Positions 38,358 through 49,914 of a stretch of 64,000 bases of DNA are shown in pieces; the first letter of the stretch is position 1; the number at the start of each line of letters is the position of its first letter. Below the pieces are notes generated by a model, which made no database searches, was not told where the DNA came from, and was given only the letters and a program-made list of their open reading frames with translations. The position numbers and the translations under genes were made by a program. The DNA is from Eubacteriales bacterium. GTDB taxonomy: Bacteria; Bacillota; Clostridia; Oscillospirales; QAMX01. The stretch spans positions 58,720 through 122,719 of the forward strand of contig JAZUCL010000011.1 in NCBI GenBank assembly GCA_045639125.1, written 5' to 3'.

Positions 38358-39635
38358 TTAGTTAAGTACACGAATTACAGATAAAACTTCCTCTCCGTCC
38401 GCTCTGTATGCGTTGAGTCTTGCCTCAAAGTCAGATACTGAAAGTTTAGGTGTGATAAATGCACAATCAGTACCAGGTGCAGAAATGTACTGAGCACCTG
38501 CAAAATGCTTTTCAACAGATGCCTTTGTCCAACTGCGAACACGAATATAGAAAGAGTATTCCATATCAGTATATGGTGCAACGAAACCGTCTTCACAAGC
38601 AGTCCAACCAAGATGCTTTCTTGCAGAAAGGTGCTTGACAGCATCAATAATATCAGCGACAACCGCACTTGCAGTAGGACGTGCTCCCGCTCCTCTGCCA
38701 TAGAACATTACGTCACCTACTGCATCACCTGTTACCATAATTGCATTGAATACGTCAGATACACTTGAAAGCGGACAATCGTTGGAAATAAGGTGAGGTG
38801 CAACAAGGATATTTATTTTTCCGTCATCACGGCGAACACATCTGCCAATTAGTTTAATAGCCTTGCCTGCTGCCTTTGCGTAGTTGACATCTTCAAGAGA
38901 AATTCCACGAATACCCTCTGTGTAAACACAATCAGGGTCAATACACTTTCCATAAGCAAGGTTTGTCAAAATACAAATCTTACGGCAAGCGTCAATACCA
39001 TCGACGTCTGCAGATGGGTTTGCCTCCGCATATCCGTTTTGCTGTGCCTCAGACAATGCCTCCTCAAACGTCTTACCTGCCTCAATCATTCGAGTAAGAA
39101 TATAGTTAGTAGTTCCGTTTAAGATACCGCAAATCTGGTCAATATTATTAGCAAGCATACACTGACTCAAAGGACGGATAATCGGAATACCACCACCAAC
39201 ACTTGCCTCAAAGAGATAGTTTGCGTTATTCTCCTTTGCGATTGCAAGAAGTTCTGTACCATGAGTTGCAACAAGTTCCTTGTTGGAAGTTACAACGCTT
39301 TTACCTGCAAGCAAAAGACGCTTTGTAAAATCATAAGCAAGAGTCTTGCCACCAATTGTTTCTGCTACAACACGAACTTCAGGGTCATTTTCAATTATAG
39401 AAAAATCCTTAATCAGTTTATCTGCAAAGGGACTGTTAGGGAAATCTCGAATATCGAGAATATACTTAATCTCAATATCCTCATGGGAACCACTTGAAAT
39501 TCGGCTACGATTTTCAGTGAGAACTTCCGCAACACCTCCACCAACAGTACCAAATCCCATAATTGCAACTTTTATCATAGATATATCTTCCTTTCTGCAA
39601 ACACCGCTATTAGACGGCACTTGCCAATACTCCAA
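38358..39635 (-). CDS. hom: Homoserine dehydrogenase (true start probably MIKVAIMG)
   Basis: GFGTVG, EASVGGGIP, NGTTNYIL, GRGAG. Confidence 0.95.
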   Translation of the reverse strand: MEYWQVPSNSGVCRKEDISMIKVAIMGFGTVGGGVAEVLTENRSRISSGSHEDIEIKYILDIRDFPNSPFADKLIKDFSIIENDPEVRVVAETIGGKTLAYDFTKRLLLAGKSVVTSNKELVATHGTELLAIAKENNANYLFEASVGGGIPIIRPLSQCMLANNIDQICGILNGTTNYILTRMIEAGKTFEEALSEAQQNGYAEANPSADVDGIDACRKICILTNLAYGKCIDPDCVYTEGIRGISLEDVNYAKAAGKAIKLIGRCVRRDDGKINILVAPHLISNDCPLSSVSDVFNAIMVTGDAVGDVMFYGRGAGARPTASAVVADIIDAVKHLSARKHLGWTACEDGFVAPYTDMEYSFYIRVRSWTKASVEKHFAGAQYISAPGTDCAFITPKLSVSDFEARLNAYRADGEEVLSVIRVLN

Positions 39636-40056
39636 TTTTCAATACTCCTCGTAGTTGTGCTGCACGCTTAATTAGTTGTTCCACATCTCCCGACATACCG
39701 CCGGTGCGAATGGAAATAGTCAAAGCAGCCTGTCCATTTACAGGAATTGTCTGATTTATCGTCAATATATTCACTTTGAAATCGGCAAACATATTGAGAA
39801 ATTGGGACAACACCCCTGCCTCATCATTGAGATTAGCCTGCAACGTCACAATTTTATCGTTTGATGCCTCGATAAACTCGTTGACACGGTCACGATATTT
39901 ATAAAATGCACTGCGACTTAAACCGACTTGTTTAACTGCATCATTTATAACACAGCCTTCTCTCGAAATAAGACGTTTTGCCTCTACGACTTTTAATAGT
40001 ACCTCAGGCACTGCCGATGATTCAATAATATAGTACTTATTGTCTATTCCATTCAC
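39610..40056 (-). CDS. thrR: ThrR/PheB-like HTH-ACT regulator
   Basis: LSRSAFYKY HTH plus ACT (NILTINQTIP); directly upstream of hom. Confidence 0.85.
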   Translation of the reverse strand: MNGIDNKYYIIESSAVPEVLLKVVEAKRLISREGCVINDAVKQVGLSRSAFYKYRDRVNEFIEASNDKIVTLQANLNDEAGVLSQFLNMFADFKVNILTINQTIPVNGQAALTISIRTGGMSGDVEQLIKRAAQLRGVLKIGVLASAV

Positions 40057-40315
40057 AGTAAAACCTCCGATACTACATAATTTTCTTATGGTTTCTCCAT
40101 CTGATCTGTTTTCTTGTAAAATGAGATTTTTCCGTCATAGATAAAACAAATTCCACAACAGACAGACAAATGTTTACGCCATGCGTTATATGATAACACA
40201 CTTAGTCAAATTTTGCAAGAGGTTTTTCATATTTATTCCTAAAAGTATTTTTCTGCAAATTTCTTATAACAGAAAAGTTTGGGTATAATTTGGACAAGGT
40301 CCCACTATAATTATA

Positions 40316-41446
40316 TTGAACACTAATGAAAGGAGAGAGAGAATGGAACAGGCAGAAAATAAAAAATTAAATATTTGGCAAAAGTTACTCGGAGTCGTTT
40401 TAGGTGTAGTTTTAGGTTATGTATTCTTTAAGTTTGCACTTCCTTGGCTTATGCCATTTTTCCTTGCTCTCACCTTGGCACGGTTACTTGAGCCTTTAAT
40501 ACAATACACACAAAGACGTACAAAAATTAAGCGACAGATTATTGTAGTAGTTTTTCTTTCTCTGTCCTTTACTATATTAAGTAGTATAATTTATCTCGTT
40601 TTATCCTATTTTGTCAGGGAAATTCTTGACTTTATCCGTGTACTTCCAGACTACATCAATAAATTCCCCGCAATTTTAGACGTATTTCGACAGAAATTTG
40701 AAGAAATAGTATCTTTTCTCCCCTACGATATTTCTAAATGGCTACTTTCATCATGGGACAAGATAATAGGAAGTATCAACATTTCCCAGGAAACAGTAAG
40801 AACGCTATTCACACGTTTAGGGACATTTGCAGTATCTTTGCCAAATGCCTTAATTTTCATAATAACTTTATTCGTCGCATCATTTTTAATATCCTTTGAC
40901 TATGAAAAAGTCACTAAATTTCTTGTATTACAGATTCCTCAAAAATGGCGACAGCGGTTTTATCGCACGAAAGAACACCTTATAAACACAGTATGGAAAT
41001 GGTTAAAAGCCATTTCCATACTGTTAATTATAACTTTTGTTGAATTGTTTATTGGCATGATAATCCTTGACGTCGACCACCCAATATTTGTAGCGGCAAT
41101 AATTGCACTTGTGGATATGCTGCCAATACTTGGTGTTGGTACTGTGCTTATACCGTGGGCAATTTATGAGTTTATTATCGGAAACATAACTCGTGCCGTC
41201 ACAGTTTTAATCCTTTACGCAATAATAAATCTTGTCCGCAACATAACAGAACCAAAGATAGTCGGCTCACAGATTGGACTTCCCCCTATTGTAATGCTCA
41301 TTAGTGTCTATATCGGATTAAAAACACTTGGAATTATCGGTATGTTTTTAATTCCTATAATAATGATAACACTACTGAAATTTCAGGAATGGGGTTACAT
41401 TAAACTGTTCAAATTTCCTACTGACAATAAGGATTATGAGTCGTAG
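40316..41446 (+). CDS. ytvI: Sporulation integral membrane protein YtvI (AI-2E family)
   Basis: D.LPILG.G.VLIPW and EPKIVG.QIGL motifs. Confidence 0.88.
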   Translation: MNTNERRERMEQAENKKLNIWQKLLGVVLGVVLGYVFFKFALPWLMPFFLALTLARLLEPLIQYTQRRTKIKRQIIVVVFLSLSFTILSSIIYLVLSYFVREILDFIRVLPDYINKFPAILDVFRQKFEEIVSFLPYDISKWLLSSWDKIIGSINISQETVRTLFTRLGTFAVSLPNALIFIITLFVASFLISFDYEKVTKFLVLQIPQKWRQRFYRTKEHLINTVWKWLKAISILLIITFVELFIGMIILDVDHPIFVAAIIALVDMLPILGVGTVLIPWAIYEFIIGNITRAVTVLILYAIINLVRNITEPKIVGSQIGLPPIVMLISVYIGLKTLGIIGMFLIPIIMITLLKFQEWGYIKLFKFPTDNKDYES

Positions 41447-41973
41447 TCGTCAAGCAATACGTCTAATATGCGGTCGTATATTTTTTCAGCATGACGTTGA
41501 AAATTATCACGAAACAGTTCAGACTGTTTTTCGTTAAGTACCATAATTTCAAATGCAAACACAGGAACTTTTCCGTCCATTACAGCAAGTTCAACGGCAT
41601 TTGATCCGTCATCACGGGCTTTATCTCGACAAACGATAGTAGCATTACGGCGAATTCTGCGTACAACACGTACTGCACTACGTTGTGCCGCCTCTCTGAC
41701 AACGCTCGGAAGGCGTTTTTCAAATGCCTCTGATGTCTTTCTTCCCTTCTCTGTTATCGTATAGAGAGTCGGTGTGCCCACAGTTTTCAAAATATGCTCT
41801 GAGTCTACAAGTTCATTTGCAGCCTCGGCATACTCAAAGTAACCGAATGCATCGTCGCACATAACCATATCTGCAAGATCCTCAAAAGTAACTCCCTCTC
41901 GCAGAAAAGTCATTACGTAGAGTATTAAAAATTTAACATCGTCTTTTTCTCTTATAAAACCGTGTCTTGCCAT
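41434..41973 (-). CDS. DUF4364-like winged-helix protein
   Basis: K.LILY, YF..., YTITEKG pattern. Confidence 0.7.
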   Translation of the reverse strand: MARHGFIREKDDVKFLILYVMTFLREGVTFEDLADMVMCDDAFGYFEYAEAANELVDSEHILKTVGTPTLYTITEKGRKTSEAFEKRLPSVVREAAQRSAVRVVRRIRRNATIVCRDKARDDGSNAVELAVMDGKVPVFAFEIMVLNEKQSELFRDNFQRHAEKIYDRILDVLLDDYDS

Positions 41974-41994
41974 TCCCTGTCCCTTTCCAAATAA

Positions 41995-42993
41995 TTACTC
42001 CTTATTCGTTTCAAGAGATTGACGAAGTTTATTAGTTTCGTCAAGAAGTAAATCGTATGCGGCTGACGTCTTTTCGCTTTCTGATACACAGGCATTACGT
42101 GCTTTAAGTAAAGCATCAGACAACGCACTTAAACGCTTAGCAAATGTGCTTATACGTTCATTTGCCTCTGCACGCAAAGCGTTTGCCTTAGCATAAGCAT
42201 CAAGTTCTATACGTTTAGCCTTAGCATAGGCACTATCTTCCGCTGTACGAATACGAACTTTGTCAGACTCATATTTACGAAGTTTTGCCTCAAGGTCTGC
42301 AATTCGTGCTGACAAGTCAGCGTTTCGAGTTTCAAGTGTGGAAATAATAATTTTGTCAGCTGTCGTCTGTCCGCTCGTAGATTGAGGTATCGTCACTTGC
42401 ACATTTGCAACTGCCAATTCTTCCTCTAATTCTAAAATACGTGCCTCTGCCGCATTGAGTTTTTGGATATAGTCGCCCTCAGCCTTTACAGAAGTATTTG
42501 CTTCATTGCCTAAATTCAGCAGTTCATTTCTAAGTTGGGAAATTAACGTTTTGTCCTGTGCAGATTCTGCCTTCAAAGACGCAACTTGCTCGGATAATTC
42601 AGCACAAGTCTTTGCCGTTTGTTCAAAAGACTCAGCACCGCTTTTTAGATTTACAATTGTATCATTTGCAGATACAAGTTCCTCTTTCATGGTTGTATTG
42701 TAGTCTGCAAGTGCATGATTTTCCAATTTGAGTTTTTCACAAGTGTCTTCCCACTCGGTAAGGAGTCTATCCTTTTCATCAATGGCACTCTTTACAGCAT
42801 CAAGTTTCTCTGACAGTTCACGTCTTTCCTGCTCCAACTGTTTTAAGTTGTCAAGATATTTCTCGTTGTCTTTCTTACGGCTACGAACCATACGTTCAAT
42901 ATAGTCAAGAACGTCTTCTTTGTTAAAGCCGCCAAAATAAGCACTGCGAAATAGGGTATCATACTCGTTATTCATATTTACTGTATCACTCAT
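41995..42993 (-). CDS. Coiled-coil protein with DivIVA-like N-terminus
   Basis: FRSAYFGGFNKEDVLDYIE followed by long heptad repeats. Confidence 0.7.
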   Translation of the reverse strand: MSDTVNMNNEYDTLFRSAYFGGFNKEDVLDYIERMVRSRKKDNEKYLDNLKQLEQERRELSEKLDAVKSAIDEKDRLLTEWEDTCEKLKLENHALADYNTTMKEELVSANDTIVNLKSGAESFEQTAKTCAELSEQVASLKAESAQDKTLISQLRNELLNLGNEANTSVKAEGDYIQKLNAAEARILELEEELAVANVQVTIPQSTSGQTTADKIIISTLETRNADLSARIADLEAKLRKYESDKVRIRTAEDSAYAKAKRIELDAYAKANALRAEANERISTFAKRLSALSDALLKARNACVSESEKTSAAYDLLLDETNKLRQSLETNKE

Positions 42994-43068
42994 GTCAATT
43001 ACCCCCTATATTGAAACTTACTTCTTATAGTATAGTAAAAAAGTCGAAAGATGTAAAGTGTTTTTTTA

Positions 43069-44382
43069 TCACTTTATCTTTGCAATTTCTTGTCTAATGG
43101 CTGTTCGTGCAGGATTTATAGCGTAAAGAGAACCACATGAAAGAACAATATCGTCTTTTCGTGCAATACGTAATGCAGTTTTTACCGCAACAGAAATATC
43201 TTCGTTATAATATACTTGATTGCAATACCCCTTTGCTTCGTTTGCTAAACTAATTGCAGGCAACGCTCTGTGGTAGTCAATTTGACTTGCAATAAACACA
43301 TCGGCACGGCTTGCAACTTCCCTTACACATTGACGATACTCTTTATCCTCAAACATCGACATAACCACAATCAGACGTTTATCGCCACGCAGAGCGTCAA
43401 TACTCTCACACATGGCACGAACACCGTCCGGATTGTGTCCGCCGTCAATAATACAACATACAGGGCTATCACTCACAACTTCCATACGACCGGGGAAACG
43501 TGTTGAAGAAATGCCGTTTTTAATATCATCATCGTCTATTAAGATACCCTTACGCTGTAAAATACGAATTGTTTCAATTACGCTTAACGTGTTGTATATT
43601 TGATACTCTCCCACAAATGGAATATGTACATTTAGTCCGTCATATAAAATATCAGTACCTGACAAGTTTTGTGATATAACATTTAATTTTGACAAATCCG
43701 GTACGTACAAAGATGCTTTAACGTCATTACAACGTGCAAAAATTACGTCATAGGCATCTTTTTTCTGTTTCGCATAACAAACAACAGACGTACCGTTTTT
43801 AATAATACCGCTTTTCTCTTGGGCAATTTGTGCTAAAGAATTACCAAGCACTTTCGTATGGTCTAAAGATATTGAAGTTATAACTGCTGCAAGAGGTGAT
43901 TCTATAACATTAGTACAATCATATTTACCGCCAAGACCGACTTCAAGTACAACATAATCACACTTTTGCTCTGCAAAAAAGTCAAATGCAAGAGTTGTTA
44001 CTATTTCAAATTCAAGAGGGTGAGTAAATCCAAGTTCTTTTACCTTTTCAATTACAGGTAATAAGCGTTCAAGATGCATACAAAGTTCATCTTCTGTTAT
44101 ATAACGGCCGTCAACTTGTATACGTTCACGAAAATCCTCCACAAAAGGTGATATGAACATACCAACCCTGTAGCCCGCACTACGCAAAACGCTTGCAGTC
44201 ATTGCGGTTGTACTTCCCTTTCCGTTTGTACCTGCGACGTGGATAAACTTCATATTCTTTTGGGGATTGCCTAAACGTAAAAGCATTTCACGAATACGGC
44301 GAAGTCCCGGTTTTGTACCGAATTTCAGCGTATTATGAATGTACGCTAAGGCTTCTTCGTACTTCATAGGATTTACCTCCAA
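43069..44382 (-). CDS. folC: Folylpolyglutamate synthase/dihydrofolate synthase
   Basis: HVAGTNGKGS, EVGLGG, DGGHN. Confidence 0.95.
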   Translation of the reverse strand: MEVNPMKYEEALAYIHNTLKFGTKPGLRRIREMLLRLGNPQKNMKFIHVAGTNGKGSTTAMTASVLRSAGYRVGMFISPFVEDFRERIQVDGRYITEDELCMHLERLLPVIEKVKELGFTHPLEFEIVTTLAFDFFAEQKCDYVVLEVGLGGKYDCTNVIESPLAAVITSISLDHTKVLGNSLAQIAQEKSGIIKNGTSVVCYAKQKKDAYDVIFARCNDVKASLYVPDLSKLNVISQNLSGTDILYDGLNVHIPFVGEYQIYNTLSVIETIRILQRKGILIDDDDIKNGISSTRFPGRMEVVSDSPVCCIIDGGHNPDGVRAMCESIDALRGDKRLIVVMSMFEDKEYRQCVREVASRADVFIASQIDYHRALPAISLANEAKGYCNQVYYNEDISVAVKTALRIARKDDIVLSCGSLYAINPARTAIRQEIAKIK

Positions 44383-44426
44383 GATTCATGAGGGAATGCA
44401 TAAGCACTCCCCCATCTAAATATAAA

Positions 44427-47063
44427 TTATGCACGGATAGATTGAATACTCTCATCAATTTTTTCAAGTAATGCAGTAAGTTTTGCCGCTTTTTCCTGCT
44501 CTCCTGCAACTACGTTTGCAGGTGCTTTTGCAAGGAAACCGGCGTTTGAAAGTTTGCCGTTTATACGAGCAAGGTCAGCCTCTGCGGTTGCCTTCTCTTT
44601 TTCAAGACGTGCAAGTTCTTTCTCAAAGTCAACAAGTTCACGAAGTGGCAGATACATTGTTGCCGCATCTGTTACGCAACTTACAAGACCATCAGTAGAT
44701 GACGGTGCAGCCTTTGTAACTATTAAATCAGAAGCGTATGCAAGTTTCATAATATATGCCCTACCACTTTCAAACGCAGATGTGTTTTCAGTAACGATAG
44801 TCAACTGTGCCTTCTTAGAGGGTGGAACATTCAACTCACTTCTACGGTTACGAACGGCACGGATTACATCCATAATCATTTCCATATCAGCCGCATCACG
44901 CTTAAAGTCAGATGAAGTATCAACAGTCGGCCACTTAGAAATCATAATTGACTCAGGTTCGTCATCGGTATGAGGCAATGCCTGCCATACTTCCTCTGTG
45001 ATAAATGGCATAAACGGGTGAAGCAGTTTCATTGTACCGCCGAGCACATAGCAAAGAACTCTCTGTGCCGCCTCGTTTGATACAACATTTTCCTTGTCGT
45101 AAAGACGTGTCTTTGTCAACTCAATATACCAATCGCAGAAACTATCCCAAATAAAGTCGTAAAGTTTCTGTGCAGCGATACCAAGTTCGTAACTTTCAAT
45201 ATTAGCAGTTACATCTGCAACAAGGGTATTGAACTTCTCCAAAATCCACTTGTCTTCAAGAGCAAGTGTTTCAGGAAGTCTGTCATCTGTAATTGTAAGA
45301 TTCATAAGAACAAAACGTGCAGCATTCCAAATCTTATTTGCAAAGTTACGGTTAGCCTCAACACGCTCATAATAGAAACGCATATCGTTACCGGGGCTGT
45401 TACTTGTAGCAAGAGTAAAGCGAAGGGCATCAGCACCATACGTTTCAATAACTTCAAGTGGGTCGATACCATTGCCGAGAGATTTTGACATCTTTCTGCC
45501 TTGTGAGTCACGAACAAGACCATGTATAAGCACCTTATCAAATGGCTTTTCACCCATCTGCTCAACACCGGAGAAAATCATACGTGATACCCAGAACGGA
45601 ATAATATCGTAACCAGTAACGAGCACACTTGTAGGATAGAAGTATTCAAGTTCCGGAGTCTTTTCAGGCCAACCAAGAGTGGAAAACGGCCAAAGTGCAG
45701 ACGAAAACCATGTATCAAGAACATCCTCTTCCTGACGCAGTGCAGTAGAACCACACTTTTCACATTTTGTAGGTGCTTCCTTTTCAACCATCATGTGACC
45801 ACATTCACAGTAGTACGCAGGAATACGATGACCCCACCACAACTGACGTGAAATACACCAGTCATGTACATTTTCCATCCAACGAAGATAGTTCTTTGAA
45901 AATCTATCGGGAACGAATGAAATATCGCCGTTTGTAACAACTTCCATTGCAGGACCTGCAAGAGGCTCCATCTTAACAAACCACTGTGCAGAGGTAATAG
46001 GCTCAACAGTTGTACCGCAACGATAACACGTTCCTACATTATGAGTATATTCCTCAATTTTAACAAGATAGCCCTCTGCCTCTAAATCAGAAACAATCGC
46101 CTTTCTTGCCTCATAACGATCCATACCGTTATACTTACCGCCGTTAATAATCTTAGCATCTTCATCAAGAATAAGAATTTCCTCAAGATTATGACGTTTA
46201 CCAACCTCAAAGTCGTTGGGGTCATGGCAAGGTGTAATCTTAACGCAACCTGTACCAAATTCACTTTCTACGTACTCGTCTGCTACAACAGGAATTTCAC
46301 GGCCAACAAGAGGCAAAATAAGCATCTTGCCAACAAGATGAGTATAACGCTCGTCTGTTGGATTTACAGCAACAGCAGTATCGCCAAGCATAGTTTCAGG
46401 ACGTGTTGTTGCAATAGTTACAAACTCATCGCTGTCTTTAACAGGATAGCGGATATGCCAGAAGTGTCCGGGCTGTTCCTTATACTCAACCTCTGCATCA
46501 GATAAAGCAGTACGACAATGTGGACACCAGTTAATAATACGGCTGCCCTTATAGATAATACCCTTTTTATATAGATTAACAAATACTTCCTTTACAGCCT
46601 TTGAACAGCCATCGTCCATCGTAAAACGCTCACGACGCCAATCACAAGACGAACCCAACACTTTAAGTTGTTGGATAATACGGCTACCATACTGATGTTT
46701 CCAATCCCAAACACGCTCAAGGAATTTCTCACGGCCAAGGTCATAACGAGTCAATCCTTCCTCCTTACGAAGGTTTTCCTCAACCTTAATCTGCGTAGCA
46801 ATACCTGCATGGTCAGTACCAGGAAGCCAAAGTGCAGAGTAACCCTGCATACGCTTTGTACGAATAATAATATCCTGCAAAGTATTATCAAAAGCATGAC
46901 CCATGTGAAGTTGACCTGTTACGTTGGGTGGCGGAATTACGATAGTAAACGGTTTCTTTGTTTCGTCTACCTCAGCGTTAAAATATCCGCTTTTTTCCCA
47001 CTTTTCATAGAGTCTTGACTCAGACTCCTTTGGATCGTATGTCTTTGGAAGTTCTTTTCTCAT
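44427..47063 (-). CDS. valS: Valine-tRNA ligase
   Basis: [28 protein letters not shown]. Confidence 0.98.
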   Translation of the reverse strand: MRKELPKTYDPKESESRLYEKWEKSGYFNAEVDETKKPFTIVIPPPNVTGQLHMGHAFDNTLQDIIIRTKRMQGYSALWLPGTDHAGIATQIKVEENLRKEEGLTRYDLGREKFLERVWDWKHQYGSRIIQQLKVLGSSCDWRRERFTMDDGCSKAVKEVFVNLYKKGIIYKGSRIINWCPHCRTALSDAEVEYKEQPGHFWHIRYPVKDSDEFVTIATTRPETMLGDTAVAVNPTDERYTHLVGKMLILPLVGREIPVVADEYVESEFGTGCVKITPCHDPNDFEVGKRHNLEEILILDEDAKIINGGKYNGMDRYEARKAIVSDLEAEGYLVKIEEYTHNVGTCYRCGTTVEPITSAQWFVKMEPLAGPAMEVVTNGDISFVPDRFSKNYLRWMENVHDWCISRQLWWGHRIPAYYCECGHMMVEKEAPTKCEKCGSTALRQEEDVLDTWFSSALWPFSTLGWPEKTPELEYFYPTSVLVTGYDIIPFWVSRMIFSGVEQMGEKPFDKVLIHGLVRDSQGRKMSKSLGNGIDPLEVIETYGADALRFTLATSNSPGNDMRFYYERVEANRNFANKIWNAARFVLMNLTITDDRLPETLALEDKWILEKFNTLVADVTANIESYELGIAAQKLYDFIWDSFCDWYIELTKTRLYDKENVVSNEAAQRVLCYVLGGTMKLLHPFMPFITEEVWQALPHTDDEPESIMISKWPTVDTSSDFKRDAADMEMIMDVIRAVRNRRSELNVPPSKKAQLTIVTENTSAFESGRAYIMKLAYASDLIVTKAAPSSTDGLVSCVTDAATMYLPLRELVDFEKELARLEKEKATAEADLARINGKLSNAGFLAKAPANVVAGEQEKAAKLTALLEKIDESIQSIRA

Positions 47064-47087
47064 ATCTGTTCCTCCTAAAAAAATTCA

Positions 47088-47362
47088 AAAAATAAAAACT
47101 CCACCCTAAACTTAGGGCGGAGATTATCCACGGTACCACCTAAATTGATGCTTACGCACCATCTTAATCAGGACACTATCATATCCTTGTCCGATAACGG
47201 TGGACAACCGTCAGAGTCTACTCGCATACGCTTTCGGTCTGAGGCTCAAAGGCTACCTTCATCCGTCCCGTCACGACACGCTCCCACCACATTTGCATCT
47301 GCAAACTACGTATCTCTCTTTGCTTTCGAAAACGGAGTACTCCTCCTCTTCAACGCCTTTAC
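47088..47362 (-). promoter_or_regulatory. T-box riboswitch (Val specifier GUA) with terminator
   Basis: T-box AGGUGGUACCGUG at 47129-47141, specifier GUA at 47254-47256, terminator stem 47099-47122 with U tract. Confidence 0.92.
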
Positions 47363-47546
47363 ATATTATTTCTTGCATTATAGCACATTTTATGTGGCTT
47401 GTCAAGAAATAAACCTCCAATTTGTCCGTAAGTTATACCACAACTATCTAAATTATCGCATTCTAAGCAGAAAAGCATTTACATCGTAACTTTTTCGTGG
47501 TATGCTTAATGTATAACATTAAAAGGAGTAGTATAATACTGCAACT

Positions 47547-48737
47547 ATGAAAACTATCATTGAAATATACGATGATGAACCAATAAACAATGTCCTTGCT
47601 CCTACTGTACTATGTCCTGAACAAGTTGTTTATATTGGCGGTAATCGTATCACCGGAAAGCGAATAAAAAATAAAATAATCCGCTACTTTGAAGAACGTA
47701 AGTTAAACACCTACGCTTTCTTTTATCCTACAAACATCTATGATTGTGCAAAAGTGACGGAAACCCTTGAAATGCTTATTGAGCGTTTTCCAGATTGTGC
47801 AATTGACGTTACTGGTGGAAACAGTGTCCTCGTATTTGCTATTGGTATGTTCTGTGCACTACATGAAATACCCGCCTTTGCATTTAACGCAAAGACTAAC
47901 GCATTTTATAACATCTACGCTTGTGATGAAATCGAGACACTGCCTGGAGATCTTTCTTTGACAGCAAGAGAGTGTCTTGCCATGGCAGGTGCATCACTTA
48001 TGCGTCATGGTCATATTGACGGAGAGTTGTTGACAGCCGAGGACTTGCACGACATCTTCTCCGTTTGGGAGATTTTCAGACGCAACCAAAATTCATGGGC
48101 ACGCCATACACAGTATTTACAGACGATTGCAAGTACAAGTGATGGTATCGGTGATATGTCTCTTGATGTTAATGCTCCCGTTTCAGTTAAAACCGGGTTT
48201 AATAAAAGTGCCTCAATAAATCAGCACATTTGTCTTAAACTTTCAGAACATGGCATTATTCGCAACTTTACGGTAGACGAAAAACGTGTAAGTTTTTCAT
48301 TCAAAAACTCGCTAATACACCAATGTTTACTTGACGTTGGTATTTGGCTTGAATTGTTTATATATCAGACTTGCCGCACATCTGGCTGTTTCGATGACGT
48401 TCAAATCAGTGTTGTTGTAGACTGGAATGGCGATGAGGATGAAGCAATAAATACAATCAATGAGATTGATGTTGTACTCACACAAGGCATTACTCCCGTA
48501 TTTATATCTTGTAAAACTGGAGTTCCCACAACTACAACCCTCAATGAACTTCATACCCTGACTGAACTTTTTGGTGGAAGATACGCAAAAGGTGTTCTTG
48601 CTACAATGTGTAAGTTGTCGGAAGTGTCCCCATCGACATATAAACGAGCGCTTGATATGGGCATTCACGTTATCACTTGTGAGGATATTACACCCCAAAC
48701 GCTGATTAAAAAACTAACAAATATAATTAACACTTAG
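47547..48737 (+). CDS. DUF1887/Card1-like CARF-domain PD-(D/E)xK nuclease
   Basis: N-terminal CARF-like region with DVTGG; C-terminal G.WLE...NEIDV...FISCK. Confidence 0.8.
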   Translation: MKTIIEIYDDEPINNVLAPTVLCPEQVVYIGGNRITGKRIKNKIIRYFEERKLNTYAFFYPTNIYDCAKVTETLEMLIERFPDCAIDVTGGNSVLVFAIGMFCALHEIPAFAFNAKTNAFYNIYACDEIETLPGDLSLTARECLAMAGASLMRHGHIDGELLTAEDLHDIFSVWEIFRRNQNSWARHTQYLQTIASTSDGIGDMSLDVNAPVSVKTGFNKSASINQHICLKLSEHGIIRNFTVDEKRVSFSFKNSLIHQCLLDVGIWLELFIYQTCRTSGCFDDVQISVVVDWNGDEDEAINTINEIDVVLTQGITPVFISCKTGVPTTTTLNELHTLTELFGGRYAKGVLATMCKLSEVSPSTYKRALDMGIHVITCEDITPQTLIKKLTNIINT

Positions 48738-48747
48738 TTATTAGTCC

Positions 48748-48793
48748 ATAATTGTCATAAACTAATTTTATAATTGTCATAAACTAATTTTAT
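48748..48793. repeat. Exact 22-bp tandem duplication
   Basis: ATAATTGTCATAAACTAATTTT x2. Confidence 0.9.
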
Positions 48794-48867
48794 GCTTTAC
48801 TTTTACCTAAAAACAATGTATAATTATTTCGAGAAGTTTAATTAAAATAAAAAGGAGCAAAACACTT

Positions 48868-49557
48868 ATGAAAACTCTTTACACAGGAAAAACAAAGAAC
48901 GTAATGCTTGACGAAGAAAAAAATATAGTCCACCTTTTCTTTAAGGATACGGCAACAGGCGAAAATGGCGTGTTTGATCCAGGCTCGAACACTGTTGGCG
49001 GTAGTGTTGAAGGTAAGGGTAAAATAGGACTTGCAATTTCCAAGTATTTCTTTGAATTGATGGAGAAAAACGGGATTCCAACCCACTACATAAACTGTGA
49101 TATTGATAAAGGCCTTATGCAAGTACGTAACTTGACAGTACCAAAACTTGAATTTGTTCTTCGCTACTTTACAGCAGGCAGTATGTGCCGCCGTTTCACC
49201 CTTGACGAGGGTATTGTATTTAATCCGCCTTACGCTGAGGTAACTCTCAAAGACGATATTCAAGGCGATCCTCTTATCAGCGAGCGTATCTGCATTATGA
49301 AAGGTCTTTTGAAGTCAGGTCAGTATGATGAGGCTTTGGATATTCTTGTTCGTGTTGGCGAAGTTCTTAAAAATGAACTTGCAACTATGAATTTAACACT
49401 CATCGACTTCAAGATTGAAATCGGTTATGACGAAACAGGCAAAATGTTCGTTGCAGACGAAATCACTCCTGACATTTGGCGTATTCGTGATGAGAATGGT
49501 AACATTCCAAATCAAATTGACTGTGCTAAAATGCTTCTTAAGAAAATGGAACGTTAG
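48868..49557 (+). CDS. purC: SAICAR synthetase (stand-alone)
   Basis: LYTGKTK, FKD.AT, GIPTH, DFKIE.G, ADEITPD. Confidence 0.88.
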   Translation: MKTLYTGKTKNVMLDEEKNIVHLFFKDTATGENGVFDPGSNTVGGSVEGKGKIGLAISKYFFELMEKNGIPTHYINCDIDKGLMQVRNLTVPKLEFVLRYFTAGSMCRRFTLDEGIVFNPPYAEVTLKDDIQGDPLISERICIMKGLLKSGQYDEALDILVRVGEVLKNELATMNLTLIDFKIEIGYDETGKMFVADEITPDIWRIRDENGNIPNQIDCAKMLLKKMER

Positions 49558-49592
49558 GGCGTTTTAACGTCTGTTGCAACTCAAATTTACAC

Positions 49593-49620
49593 TTGACAAA
49601 TTTGAAAATATGTATATAAT
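49593..49620 (+). promoter_or_regulatory. Sigma-A promoter of tRNA-Val
   Basis: TTGACA-16-TATAAT. Confidence 0.75.
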
Positions 49621-49652
49621 ATAGTCTGTGAGTTTTCACTCACAGATTATAC

Positions 49653-49728
49653 GGACACTTAGCTCAGCTGGAAGAGCACCTGCTTGACGTGCAGGGGGTC
49701 AGGGGTTCAAGTCCCTTAGTGTCCACCA
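49653..49728 (+). tRNA. tRNA-Val(GAC)
   Basis: Cloverleaf with acceptor GGACACT/AGTGTCC, anticodon arm CCTGC-TTGACGT-GCAGG, GTTCAA and encoded CCA. Confidence 0.97.
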
Positions 49729-49731
49729 AAA

Positions 49732-49769
49732 AGCCCTCCAATGTTTTGTAACTTTGGAGGGCTATTTTT
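49732..49769 (+). terminator. Intrinsic terminator after tRNA-Val
   Basis: AGCCCTCCAA / TTGGAGGGCT stem plus T tract. Confidence 0.8.
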
Positions 49770-49914
49770 ATACCATTCACCACAAGATCTTCAGAAATCG
49801 TTGAAACAGAGACAAAAGAGGAGTATACTGTTGGTGAGAATGGCAAGTATGAATATTCCGAAGAAATACCAGTTTCTATGGGTAGTTTTGAGAATAAACA
49901 GGAGGGAAGAAATA

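Noticed and set aside
48748-48793. CRISPR array beside the CARF nuclease
   Set aside because: Only two abutting copies with no spacer.
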